The notes under the pieces: model-generated
Told to the model about the DNA's origin: nothing
Seen by the model: the letters and a program-made list of their open reading frames with translations, nothing else
Database searches by the model: none
Made by a program: the position numbers and the translations under genes
Part shown: positions 49,870 through 60,539 of the stretch, piece by piece
How the letters are laid out: every line of letters starts with the position of its first letter
Position numbering within the stretch: the first letter of the stretch is position 1
Assembly (NCBI GenBank): GCA_963717145.1
Contig: OY970325.1
Coordinates: 4,160,001-4,224,000 of the forward strand
DNA length: 64,000 nt
Direction: 5' to 3'
From: an uncultured Armatimonadetes bacterium
Lineage (GTDB): Bacteria > Armatimonadota > UBA5829 > DTJY01

Positions 49870-52343
49870 TTACTTGGTGGGCTTCCCGCCGCCGTATTCG
49901 GGAACGCGGACCTGCTGGACGAAGTCGAGCTTCGAGACCTCCTCCAGCTTCTCGATCGGCACCCAGGCGAGGATCGCCTTCGATGCGGCAGACGACGTCT
50001 TGATCTCGCAGCCGAGGTCCTTGAGCTTCTTGATGTTCGCGGTCGTGACAGACGACGCCCAGATCATCACCTGCGTCTTGCCCGACTCTATCTTCGCCTT
50101 GCAGTCCTTCGGGGCCTTGCCGTCCGTCTTCCAGGCTTCCATCAGCTTCGCGAGTTCGGGATCGAGCTTGACTGATAGCGACCCGATCTCGTCGCCGCCT
50201 GCGTAGAGGTAGCTGGTCCCGGCCGACATCGGGGGGCCGCCGAAGCCGTTGGGGCGGACATGCTGTAGTTCAGGTTTGCAGATGTCGAGGGCGACGGAGC
50301 TGCCAAGCGCGCGCCCTTGGCGATTCCACCGTACGCGCCTATTATCTTGTCATCCCTCTCCCCGAAGATGCCCTCGTAGCTGACTCCCTGAGGCATCTCG
50401 ACCGGCACAGTGATCTTGACCGGCTTGCCACCCTGGGTGACGATCTTCTCCTCGACCGCGACGAACGACGTGTACTGGCTCATCAGGCGGAAGTCGAGCG
50501 CGGCCTTGATGATCGAAGCTTTGATCTGAACATCCGGTTGCCCCTTCTGGATGCCTGCGAGGTCCTGATCCGTCAGGTCACCGATATATGCTCGAGCCCA
50601 CAGGGCAGGCAGTGCCGCATGGCGCACGTCGACAGCGGGCAGGTTGACGTCGATTGTCTGGCTCCACGGTTCGTCACCGCAGCGGCCTCGGACGGTGATC
50701 TTCCCGGCGACCGGCTTCGAATAGCGTCCCTTGATGATGAGGGGCTTCGCGCTGAAGAGGTCGGACGGCGTCTCGGGGTAGATCTGGCGCACATCCAGGC
50801 CGCCCCAATCGACGGTGATGTCGGTGAGCAGCGGGTTGCCGATCCGGTCGCCGAACCGCTTGGCCGATTCACTGCCCGGAGCGCCGAGCGTCACGTATTC
50901 GACCGCGCCCTTGCCGATCTTCGCCATGCCGTCCAGGAGATACCGGTTGACGCTCGATCCGACTCCGAATGAGAAGATCCTGGCCTGGCCGAGGTCCTTC
51001 TTGATCACATCGAGGATCTCCATATCGTTGCCGACATAGCCGTCGGTCATGAAGCAGACGATCCGCACGCGGCTCGGGTCAGCGGGGATGGCGAGCACCT
51101 CTTTGACCGGCTTCAACATCTCCGTCCCGCCGCTGCCCATCCGGTCGCGCAGGAACGTGAGTCCCATGAGCTGATTGTCCGGCGTGTTCGGCTGCGGCGT
51201 ATCGAAGAGCTTCGCCGTATCGTTGGCGAAGCAGATAAGCTGGAAGGTGTCGTCCGGATTCATCTGCCGGATGCAGAGGTCCATCGTCTCCTTCGCCTTC
51301 TCGATCGGCTCGCCCATCATCGAGCCCGAGCAGTCGATGACGAAGATCATCTCCTTGGGGATGATCTGCGAGATCTGCGGCTTGGCAGGCGGCTGGACGA
51401 TCAATGTGAAGAAGCCGTCGCCATCCGCGCGGGTATGTGTCAGCACGCCGGTCTCGATTCCCTTCCCACCGGCGCTGTATCGCAGGATCAAATCCTTGTT
51501 CGGGATGGTATCGTTCTGCCGGAGAGTAACGTCCGCGGCTGACTTACCGTGCCGTTTGACGTCGATCTGGTGCTGCTTCGCGGTGATGTCGGTGATCGGC
51601 GTCCCGGAGTCGATGTGGACTTCGACCGAGATGTCGTGCCCGGCCCGAGTGCCTTTCGCTGTGATCGGCGGGCTGATCTTCGAAGCGTCCGGCACTTCGG
51701 TGGTATCGGGATACATGCCGGTTCCTGACTGGCCGACTGCATTTCCAGGCATGTATCGCGGGCCGACGACCATCGGGAATACGAATTCGTAGTAGCCGTC
51801 CTCGTAGTTGAGCACTTCGAGGTAGCTGATGGTCACGATCACCGTCTCGCCGGGCATGATGTTCGCGACCGACTGAGTGAAGATGTTCGGGCGCTCCTGA
51901 TCGAGGAGGGCGGCGACGTGGCCTTCGTTCTTGGCCTGCTCGTAGATCTTCCTGGCCTCCTCGCGCTCCTTGATGTCGCCCTTGATGGTCCGCTCGCCGA
52001 CCTTCATCTCCATCCAGTCGACGGCGGCCTCATCCGGCAGCGGGAAGACGTAGACGGCCTCGATCTTCTCCTGGGTCGGGTTCACGAACTCCTGGGTGAC
52101 CTTGACCCGCGCGCAGCATCCCGGGATGTCCGCGACGACCGAGGTATGCTTGAGCGGACAAGTGCTCGTCACCTGCCCCTTCGGGCCGACGATCTGCAGT
52201 TCGCCGGACGTGCCGACTCCCGGCGTGATCGGGTCGTCACCCTGTGCGCTCGCGGTTCGGCTGTACTGAACTATCGCGAGGCTGGTGAAGATGAGGATGC
52301 CCAGCAGGATTGTTGCTCTTCTGCGGAAGCTCTTTCTGTTCAT
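49870..52343 (-). CDS. Secreted VIT + vWA domain protein (frameshift at G6 run 50231-50236)
   Basis: CPLKHT, EAVYVFPLP, QERPNIFTQ (VIT); DCSGSM, GGTE, TDG (MIDAS); SQYTSFVAVE; tail continues in ORF 49870-50229. Confidence 0.85.
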
Positions 52344-52434
52344 GATGTCGTAGACCTCCTTGAGGACGATGTTCTGTGAGTTATGACCCGGTATGGGACG
52401 GAAACCTTCAAATGTGGCTACCCTTGAAAACGCT

Positions 52435-52559
52435 GGTTCGGGCGGATTTGCAATCCAGCCCGCATTGGCAATCCGGGGATCTGTGATCCCGCGACGCCCC
52501 GGATGGCATCAGAGATGCCGGCTTGCCACCGGGTGCTGGACTGCAAATCCGCACCAACC
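52435..52559. repeat. REP-like doublet, family E
   Basis: GCGGATTTGCAATCC / GGACTGCAAATCCGC arms; a single arm at about 25211. Confidence 0.65.
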
Positions 52560-52624
52560 GGCGTTTTCATAGGAATGCCGTGGTACAACGATGAGACGTT
52601 GTGGAGAGCAGGGAAGTTACACTC

Positions 52625-52714
52625 GGGAGGGCGAGGCTCCGTCCGAGCCGCGGGGTGGCGGAGGCATATGGTGGTCTCAGCCACCCCGCGGCTCGGACGG
52701 AGCCTCGCCCTCCC
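52625..52714. repeat. REP-like doublet, family F
   Basis: GGGAGGGCGAGGCTCCGTCCGAGCCGCGGGGTGGC and exact reverse complement. Confidence 0.85.
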
Positions 52715-53626
52715 CTACAACTCGCGCACCGTCGGCTTCCAGTCGAGCTGCCTGAGGAGGTCGAGGTAGTCGTCGGGCGTCATCTCCTCGGGACGCCTGC
52801 CCGAAAGCGCGATCAGTATGCCCTCGATCACGTTCGTCCCCGGCGTGCGACCATCAAACTCCCACGTGCCGGTGACCAGAGTCTTCACTCCTCTATCCCT
52901 CAGGTTGCCGACTTCGGCCTGCGTGAGGGTGTTTGTGATCACCATCTTTCCCTTGAGCGCGCCCGATTCGGTGGTGGGCATGAACCGGCCGATGATCTTG
53001 TTGTCCCCCGCGATCACATCGGCCCAGCGGAAGTAGTTCTCGTGCTTCGGAGTGATCTGTTCCTGCTTCTCGCCGGTGGGATAAATCCATTTGAACGGAA
53101 GACGGCTGACGATCGGCAGGAGTGTGCGGGCGACGAACATCAGCGCGCCGTAGGATTTGATCGGGATCGGGATGCCGCAGTTGAACATCAGGTCGCCGAA
53201 GACGACCGATTGGGCGAGTCGGGTCGCGGACTCGGCCATCCCGAAGCGGTCCACTCCGCAGACGACCAGGATGTTCTTATCTGAAAAGTCGATGATCCCC
53301 TGGCGCTGGATCCACTCGAAGGTCTCGCGCTCGAGAGTGTTCTTCAGGCCGCTGCCGTCTACAACCGGAGTGATCTTGGCATTGGCGGCGAGTTTGGCGG
53401 CATCGCGGATGGTGTAGCGGTGCTTCCCGGCATAGAGGTATAGGTCGATGCCGCCGAGACCGATCGCGTCGACTTTGCCGTCGAGTTCGCGCATCAGCTC
53501 GGCATATCTCTTGAGGTCGCCGTTAGTACCGATGCGGGACACCTCGATCTCCTGACCGAGGATCGTCTTTGTGGCGCAGAAATCGCCCTTCGGAGAGCCC
53601 AGGCTGACGCTGACGACTTTCTTCAT
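52715..53626 (-). CDS. Conserved protein of the family usually labelled 'quinate 5-dehydrogenase' (function unverified)
   Basis: VVSVSLGS, RIGTNGD, IGLGGID, VVDGSGLK, VDRFGMA, TNVIEG. Confidence 0.7.
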   Translation of the reverse strand: MKKVVSVSLGSPKGDFCATKTILGQEIEVSRIGTNGDLKRYAELMRELDGKVDAIGLGGIDLYLYAGKHRYTIRDAAKLAANAKITPVVDGSGLKNTLERETFEWIQRQGIIDFSDKNILVVCGVDRFGMAESATRLAQSVVFGDLMFNCGIPIPIKSYGALMFVARTLLPIVSRLPFKWIYPTGEKQEQITPKHENYFRWADVIAGDNKIIGRFMPTTESGALKGKMVITNTLTQAEVGNLRDRGVKTLVTGTWEFDGRTPGTNVIEGILIALSGRRPEEMTPDDYLDLLRQLDWKPTVREL

Positions 53627-53675
53627 ACGCTGGTATCTTTCGGGGGCTGAGGCCGAATTCCTTTTTCAAGGAAAT

Positions 53676-53755
53676 GGGAACCCACCCGGGCGCTGTTCGT
53701 ATTAAGGTGTAAGCACGGTTTTGCAGGAGTCGGCCACCACTCCTGCGAAACCGTG
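53676..53755 (+). promoter_or_regulatory. ECF-type promoter followed by a 5' UTR hairpin
   Basis: GGGAAC-16 bp-CGTA (53676-53701); 17-bp stem 53714-53755. Confidence 0.5.
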
Positions 53756-53786
53756 TCACAGTTTGATTCCTCAAAGGAGAACCACG

Positions 53787-54584
53787 TTGAAAAGGAAAGT
53801 AACAATCGGAGTGGTGACGCTTATGCTGGTTGGAGCGGTCATCCTGGCGGCGAGCGCATTCCACCTCGTAGGTGCGGAGGCTCAAGGGATGGGATGTTGC
53901 GCGACCCAGCAGGGCGTCGCGGATCAGTCATGTCCCATGGTGTCGGTCGCGGGCGATGGTGCGCAGGCGCTCAGCCCGAAAGACGGCGCCATGTGCGACC
54001 TGAAGAAGGCGTTGAACCTGACGCCCGAACAGGACCAGAAGATATCAACGGCAATCAAGAGTTTTATGGCCGATGAAGCGACCGTAATGGGCGACCTGAA
54101 GGCCAGGCGCGCGGAGTTCCACAAGATGATCATCACCGGCAGACCCACCAAGGCGCAGGTGGCGTCCAAAGTGGATGAGATCACTACTCTGCAGAGCAGG
54201 TTGATGCTCGATGCGGCGGACCGGTTCACCGAGGTGAAATCGGTCCTGACTCCCGCTCAGTTGAAGTCCCTTGCTGAGAACCCCGATCAGTTCGGCCCGA
54301 TGTGCCTGGGAATGGGCGGACAGTGCGGCATGATGGGTGGCTGTGGCATGACGGGCGCCGGTCATAAGATGATGGGCGGCGGTCCTCCGATGGTTCCAGG
54401 GCAAACGGTCAAGCCGCCTGCGGGGAACAAGGTCGAGTCGGCCGTCTGCCCGGTGATGGGGAACCGGATACCCGACGTCAGCAAGGCGGCCGGTCACAGC
54501 GTATACAAGGGCAAGACTTACTATTTCTGCTGCGCAGGCTGCAAACCGTTGTTTGACAAGGACCCCGGGAAGTATGTGAAATAA
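53787..54584 (+). CDS. Exported Spy/CpxP (ZraP-like) protein with Met/Cys-rich linker and C-terminal YHS domain
   Basis: LNLTPEQ / VLTPAQ motifs; MCLGMGGQCGMMGGCGM; CPVMG...YYFCCAGC...FDKDPGKY. Confidence 0.8.
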   Translation: MKRKVTIGVVTLMLVGAVILAASAFHLVGAEAQGMGCCATQQGVADQSCPMVSVAGDGAQALSPKDGAMCDLKKALNLTPEQDQKISTAIKSFMADEATVMGDLKARRAEFHKMIITGRPTKAQVASKVDEITTLQSRLMLDAADRFTEVKSVLTPAQLKSLAENPDQFGPMCLGMGGQCGMMGGCGMTGAGHKMMGGGPPMVPGQTVKPPAGNKVESAVCPVMGNRIPDVSKAAGHSVYKGKTYYFCCAGCKPLFDKDPGKYVK

Positions 54585-54714
54585 GCGCCGTGTGGATGGT
54601 AGCGTGGATCGGAAGGGGCGGGAGATGTGTCTCTCGCCCTTTCCCCATGTGTGGCGAAGGAATCAGGGGGCGTGAGCGCCAACTGATGAGTAAAGCCACC
54701 CAGGAGTATAGGAG

Positions 54715-55830
54715 ATGAATATGACCAGGCGCAGAACGATTCTGCTTGCACTTATTGCATTGGTGCTGCTGACCTCGGCCTCATGGGCCGCGACCCCAAA
54801 GAACGTCATCCTGATGATCGGCGACGGCATGGGACTCGCCACGGTGACGCTGGCGCGACTCTCACTCGCCGCGCCGTCGACTTCCCTGAGCATGGACTCG
54901 ATGAAGTACACGGGGTTCGCCATGTCGCACTCCGCCAATGCTACTGTGACCGACTCCGCGGCCGCCGGGACCGCGCTTGCGACCGGGTACAAGACCAACA
55001 ACGGGATGATCAGCACCCTTCCCGATGGCACGGTCGTTCAGACGATTCTCGAAGCGGCGGGCAGGAAGAACAAGGCGACCGGCCTCCTGACCACAGTCAC
55101 GATCACCCACGCGACACCGGCTGTCTTCGGCTCGCACGTCAAGGCGCGAGCGGACGAGGCGGAGATTGCGCCGCAGTATCTCGACAGGAGGATCGACGTC
55201 CTCATGGGCGGCGGGCGATACTACTTCATGCCGAAGTCGCAGGAGGGAAGCAAGCGAGCCGACGAGCGTGACCTGCTTGCGGAGGCGAAGACCGCCGGGT
55301 ATTCCGTCGTCGATACTCCGGAGGCCATGACCGGTGTGACGACCGGCAAGCTGCTCGGCCTCTTCCAGATGAGTTCCCTCAGCGCGGACGGCCCAGTTCC
55401 GCCGCTCGCCGACATGACCGCCAAAGCGATTGAGTTACTCTCGCAGGACAAGGATGGATTCTTCCTGATGGTCGAGGGCGGCCAGATCGACTGGCAGGCG
55501 CACAATAACGACCAGGCCGGCACGGTCAGGCATATGATGGACTTCGACGCCGCAGTCGCCAGGGCGCTCGAGTTCGCACGGAAGAAGAAAGATACGCTGG
55601 TGATCGTTACCGCCGACCATGAGACCGGCGGCCTGACGATCATCTATCCGGACAAAGACAGCACCGATCCGTTCAAGTGTGCCTGGACAACGAAAGGCCA
55701 CTCGGGGTGCAACTTGCCGATCCTGGCGGACGGCCCCGGCGCTGAGATGTTCACCGGCGTTCTCGACAATACAGATATCCCGAAACGGATCGCCAAGCTC
55801 TGGGGCATCCCGGCCTTCGGAAGCCGCTGA
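54715..55830 (+). CDS. phoA: Alkaline phosphatase
   Basis: MIGDGMG, TDSAA, THATPA, VEGGQID, TADHETGG. Confidence 0.9.
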   Translation: MNMTRRRTILLALIALVLLTSASWAATPKNVILMIGDGMGLATVTLARLSLAAPSTSLSMDSMKYTGFAMSHSANATVTDSAAAGTALATGYKTNNGMISTLPDGTVVQTILEAAGRKNKATGLLTTVTITHATPAVFGSHVKARADEAEIAPQYLDRRIDVLMGGGRYYFMPKSQEGSKRADERDLLAEAKTAGYSVVDTPEAMTGVTTGKLLGLFQMSSLSADGPVPPLADMTAKAIELLSQDKDGFFLMVEGGQIDWQAHNNDQAGTVRHMMDFDAAVARALEFARKKKDTLVIVTADHETGGLTIIYPDKDSTDPFKCAWTTKGHSGCNLPILADGPGAEMFTGVLDNTDIPKRIAKLWGIPAFGSR

Positions 55831-55837
55831 CGCGGAC

Positions 55838-55918
55838 TGTGGGAGTATGGGAGTGTGGGAGTGTGGACTCCCCACTCCCACACTCCCATACTCCCACACC
55901 CCCATACTCCCACACTCC
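55838..55918. repeat. Inverted octamer (CTCCCAYA) repeat array
   Basis: TGTGGGAGTATGGGAG... followed by CTCCCACACTCCCATA... Confidence 0.8.
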
Positions 55919-55959
55919 GATGTGAAGGTTCCCCCCGCCACAGGGTCTAAGCTATCGGA

Positions 55960-56712
55960 ATGATTTGCAAATCCGACGTGGTCGTGCTAGCATGGAGGCC
56001 GAACGAAACGATGCTGAAGCATGTGCTTCGGCCCAATGCTCAGGACTGCGTTACGGCGCTCATGAATAATCCTGCACAGGAAACCGACCTGATCCGCGGC
56101 GATCGTCCGGTCGCGGCGGAGACGGCGAATAGCATCGCCCGGGACGGCGACTCGGACCTAGAGCTGGTGATCCGCTCGCAGTCCGGGGACGTCGCGGCGT
56201 TCGGGCAACTGGTGGACCGCCACAAGCGGATGGTCTACGGCATCATTTCACGCATGGTCAATAACCGTGATGACGCCGACGACCTCGCGCAGGATGTGTT
56301 CGTCGCTGCATACAGACATATCGGGGGCTTTCGGCGGGATGCCAAGTTCACGACGTGGCTGCATACGATCACGGTGAATACTACCTTGAAGCGGTTGAAC
56401 AGGATGAAGCGTCAGACAACGGTCTCCATAGACGATCCGGACACCGGCCTCGAGCCGGTGATACATGACGAGAACGAACCGTCCCCGATGGACCTGCTTC
56501 AGGACAAGCAGCGCGCGGAAGCCGTGCGCAAAGCGGTAGATTCTCTTCCGGATAAGCATCGGATCGTCGTTGTTATGCATTATTTCGAGCAATACTCCTG
56601 CGATGAGATTGCGGCTGCGCTCAAGTGCTCGATCGGGACGGTCTGGTCCCGCCTGCACTATGCATGCAAGAAACTGCAGAAGGAGCTGTGCTGGATCGAA
56701 CAGGGGTCATGA
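55960..56712 (+). CDS. ECF RNA polymerase sigma factor (start uncertain)
   Basis: GDVAAFGQLV, DLAQDVF, FTTWL, EIAAALKCSIGTVWSRL. Confidence 0.9.
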   Translation: MICKSDVVVLAWRPNETMLKHVLRPNAQDCVTALMNNPAQETDLIRGDRPVAAETANSIARDGDSDLELVIRSQSGDVAAFGQLVDRHKRMVYGIISRMVNNRDDADDLAQDVFVAAYRHIGGFRRDAKFTTWLHTITVNTTLKRLNRMKRQTTVSIDDPDTGLEPVIHDENEPSPMDLLQDKQRAEAVRKAVDSLPDKHRIVVVMHYFEQYSCDEIAAALKCSIGTVWSRLHYACKKLQKELCWIEQGS

Positions 56713-56713
56713 T

Positions 56714-58029
56714 ATGAAGTGTTCAAAGTTCCGAAAACTGCTGATGCCGTATGCCGAGGGCTCTCTCTCGAAAGAGATTGCCGACTCCCTCGATCAACAT
56801 CTGGCGGAGTGCGAGTCGTGCGCCCGGGAGCTTCGATCGCTCGCCTGCACGGTCGGCGTACTCAAGCAGGTCGAGTACCCGGCGATGGATCCGGCGATTG
56901 ACCTGCGTAGTCGGGTATTGGCGCAGATATCCCCGCAGCCCGCGCGCAAGTCATGGTGGCAGTCGGCGAGGCTTCAGGCGTACTCGGCGGCGGCCGCCGG
57001 ACTGCTGCTGATCGCCCTCGTTGGTGGCGGAATGTGGTCGATGCTCGAACGCGGCATGGAGGTCACTGCAACTCGGGAAGTCGGCCAGAGCGTGGACACT
57101 CCGGAGCAGCCTTCGAAGGCCCCTGCGCCTTCTGAGCCGCAAATCGTGCTCCAGGGGCCGCAGCCCGGTGTCTCACCGCGGAAGTCGGCCGTGAAGAAGA
57201 TCGAGCGCAGATCGCCGGGAGAGAAGGCCGTGTTCCCACTTATGACACGCAACTGGTCAGATGCCGACGGGGATCGTGCATATGGTATGTACCGGGATTT
57301 CGGCAATCGGTTTGACCGTAGCGCACCGGCTGTGTCATCGCCAGCGGACGAGGAGCCCGCGCCGTGCCGGAGTCATCCGCCAACCACTGGAATATGTTCG
57401 GGTACGACGCCGTCGGGGATGAACCCCAGCCGCCCGCAGGGCCTTCTCGGCCACCGTCGCAGGAACTGGCCGAGAGCACCAAGCAGTCGGATTCCGGAGG
57501 AAACCAGTTCTTTGCGTACCGTGGTGGGTCGGAAGGCGGCTATGCCGGGAGACCGATGGCCAACGCCACTGGCGAAGCGGCCTCCCCGACGCTTCCCCCA
57601 GGAAATGTTAGGGGTGCTCTCACTGCCGACCAGCCGGTGGCCGGGACGGACTTCAGCCTTAGCATGAAATCGGACGCCCGCATGGCCGCCGGAAATGCCA
57701 CCTCGTTCGCGGATGAGATGCTCGGTGTGGACATGGATGCTCTCGAGACGAAGCTCAGGGACTTCCCATCGAGCGTGACCACGATCACCGATCTGATGCT
57801 GAAGTACCGTGAAGCGGGGCGTCCGAGGGATGAGTATCAGATGGCGCAGAGGCTCACGAAGCTCGATCCCGACAACTCGGGTCACTGGCTGTCGAGGGCT
57901 CAGGCGGCGGACCGAGTCCCGATGCCGAAAACGGCGGAGATGTGCTACCGGCGAGCGATCAAGCTCGGCCTGAAGGGCGAGGAACTCGGCCGCGCTCAGG
58001 AGCGTGTGAAGGTGCTGGAGAAGAAGTAG
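56714..58029 (+). CDS. ZAS anti-sigma factor, single TM helix, C-terminal TPR-like domain (frameshift near 57360)
   Basis: MKC...HLAECESC; TM AAAAGLLLIALVGGG; TPR-like LTKLDPDNSGHWL..A...YRRAIKL in ORF 57364-58029. Confidence 0.75.
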
Positions 58030-58073
58030 ATGTCCCCCTTGCGAAGGGGGACCGGCCTCTGGGCCGAGGGGGT
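58030..58073. repeat. REP-like double hairpin, family D
   Basis: One mismatch from 31831-31874. Confidence 0.8.
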
Positions 58074-58092
58074 CTCCGGGTGTGGGGATATC

Positions 58093-58978
58093 CTATGACT
58101 CCCGCTCCACCACAAACCGGGCGATCGCACGGAGCGGATCGGCGCGGTGATCGAAATCGCGCAGCGCGTCGAGAGCTTCGTTGAGCGCGGTCTGAGCCAA
58201 TTCCCTCGACTTTTCGAGTCCCAGTAGCGCGGGATACGTCGCCTTCCGCTTCCGAAGATCACTGCCCGCGCTTTTCCCCAGCCTCTCGGAATCGCCCACG
58301 AGGTCGAGGATGTCGTCGGTGATCTGGAACGCCGAGCCCGGTCCGAGCGCCATAGGTGGTAAGCGCGTCCAATTGTGCCTCCGTCGCGCCGCCGAGCATT
58401 CCCCCGCATACGACCGCGGCCTGGATCAGCATCCCGGTCTTGCGGCTGTGGATCGACCGCAGTTCGTCGATGTCGACCTGCTTCCCCTCGGACTCCATGT
58501 CCACCACCTGGCCGCCGATCATGCCCTCCCATCCAGTGGCGGCCGCCACGCGGATGAGCACCCTCAGCGCCGTGTCCGCCGGCGCGCCCGTGGTCTGCCC
58601 CGAGATCACCTCGAAGGCGAGCGCCAGGAGCGCATCGCCCGCAAGGATCGCGACCGCCTCTCCGAAGACTCTGTGGCTCGTCGGTTTGCCGCGCCGAAAG
58701 TCGTCGTTATCCAGCGCGGGGAGGTCATCGTGGATCAGGGAAAACGCGTGGATCAACTCGATGGCGCATGCGGTTGGGAGCGCCTGTGCCTGATCGCCGC
58801 CGACTGCCTCGCAGCCGGCGAGCGTCAGGATCGGGCGAAGACGCTTTCCGCCCTGCGTGACGCTGTATCGCATGGCACGACTGATCGTAATCGGAGGGCG
58901 ATCCTCCGGCGGCAAGTATCGATCGAGCGCCGTGTCTATGATGTGGCGGCTATCGGCCAGGTATGTCTGCAGATCCAA
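58093..58978 (-). CDS. ispA: Farnesyl/geranylgeranyl diphosphate synthase (frameshift near 58333)
   Basis: [32 protein letters not shown]; second motif [10 protein letters not shown] and KATYP in the shifted frame. Confidence 0.9.
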
Positions 58979-58993
58979 CCGTTGCGCTCCTGC

Positions 58994-60493
58994 CTAGAAC
59001 GAGAAAGACGCACGAAGCTCGAACTCAGTGCCGTCCTCGACGGATGAGCCGGGCGCGGTGATCTTGAATGGGGCGATCCGGACCGCCAGGGACTTGTCCG
59101 GTGCGATGTCATAGGCCGCTGTCAGAGAGAGCAGTCGCCTGGATCCACGCTCCGGCGGTCCTGGGTCGTTCTGCCGCTGATTCAGGTATTCGCCGATGAG
59201 ATCGAACTTCTCTGAGATTGTATACTCGCCCCTGAGATAGAGTGCCTGTGAGTTCGGGCCGATCGGACTCCCGATGATATTGAAATCGTGAATGTATGCC
59301 AGTTCGGGGACCTCGGCTCTCGTTGCGCCGTATGTCAGCCGATCGATCAGTGTGTATTCAGCCACGAACAATGAGTGTCTCCTCCCGCCGAATGGTTGAG
59401 GGATGGAAGCTCCGAAGGTGAATCCCGCCTTCCGGGGCCTTGTATTGCTCTTCCCGAAGATCCTGGGCGACGTAATATCGTCAATGACCAGTTCGCCGTA
59501 CAGCTCCATCCCGCTGGGAGTCCGATACGTCAGGTCTGCGCCGGCAAGGTTGTTGATCTCCTCATCCTCCGTGAGGAACAGATGCTGGTAAAGATAGAAG
59601 GGCATCACGAGAATAAGCGGGTTCGGTGTCTCATTCATCTTGGCCGTTTCACTGATCCCCAGATGCCAGCGGTCAGAGAGGCGCTTCTCGTACCTTCGCC
59701 CGAAGAGGTAAAGCCTTTGGTGGACGTCTTCGAACGTGCTTGCGAACTCCGTGATCTTGACGCTGCCTATCAGTGTCCCGAAATCGACATCCTTGCTTCC
59801 GCGAATCTGCCAGAACGCCGGCGCGTTCTCCGACATAATGAGCGATCCGGCATAGGAAGGCCCCCAGTTGGCATATGCGCGTCCGATAAGCCACGAGACA
59901 TCGCCCACGGCTCCCCCGATGAAGGACTTGTCGAACTTGGTGGTCACTCTGGGGTCATGGTAGAATCTCTCCTCGTGTTCAGCCAGCGTGTATATCCCGA
60001 AAGTGCTGCCGGAGAAGTTCAGGAACGCGGAGGCTCTGTATGATGTGTCCGGGGCAGACTCGTCCCTCAGGTCTTTGACGGCCAAGCCCGTGAGATAGCC
60101 GAGGGGAATTGCCTCGAATTTGGTCTGTCCGCTCGACCACTGGCCGACGGTCTCGGGCGCGACTTCCGTCAACTCAGGTCGGAACTCCGAGACGAGGTGG
60201 TTGATCAGTGCGCGCTGTCTGGAGTTCGGATGCGTAGACTCCGCGGACTGAAGGATCGACGCGATGACGCCGGCCATCTCCAGCCGGTTGAACCGTCTGT
60301 CGCCCTCGAAGAGCCTGGCGGACATCCCGGGAACGAGACCATCCGCGGCTAGGCTGATCATCGCATCGTGTGTCCAGTCGCCCAGCGGAACTCGGTCGGT
60401 CGAGGCGACGCTTCGTGTCGCGGACGCCGAGGAGATGATGGAGAGCACGATGAAGCTCAGCAGGAAGACTCTGAATGCGGCATACTTGCCCAT
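58994..60493 (-). CDS. SLH-like domain fused to a capsule-assembly Wzi-like outer-membrane barrel
   Basis: Signal peptide; VPLGDWTHDAMISLAADGLV...FNRLEMA; GR...WGP...GSLIMS.NA, YGELVIDD, GSPIGPNS; ends RASFSF. Confidence 0.7.
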   Translation of the reverse strand: MGKYAAFRVFLLSFIVLSIISSASATRSVASTDRVPLGDWTHDAMISLAADGLVPGMSARLFEGDRRFNRLEMAGVIASILQSAESTHPNSRQRALINHLVSEFRPELTEVAPETVGQWSSGQTKFEAIPLGYLTGLAVKDLRDESAPDTSYRASAFLNFSGSTFGIYTLAEHEERFYHDPRVTTKFDKSFIGGAVGDVSWLIGRAYANWGPSYAGSLIMSENAPAFWQIRGSKDVDFGTLIGSVKITEFASTFEDVHQRLYLFGRRYEKRLSDRWHLGISETAKMNETPNPLILVMPFYLYQHLFLTEDEEINNLAGADLTYRTPSGMELYGELVIDDITSPRIFGKSNTRPRKAGFTFGASIPQPFGGRRHSLFVAEYTLIDRLTYGATRAEVPELAYIHDFNIIGSPIGPNSQALYLRGEYTISEKFDLIGEYLNQRQNDPGPPERGSRRLLSLTAAYDIAPDKSLAVRIAPFKITAPGSSVEDGTEFELRASFSF

Positions 60494-60539
60494 GCGGCGA
60501 CTCCTTCTTTGGGAAACGGGGTGGGGCGCAGATGATGCA

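Noticed and set aside
58093-58978. Programmed frameshift or true pseudogenisation of ispA
   Set aside because: No slippery motif at the break, and similar isolated indels occur in four other genes, favouring sequencing error.
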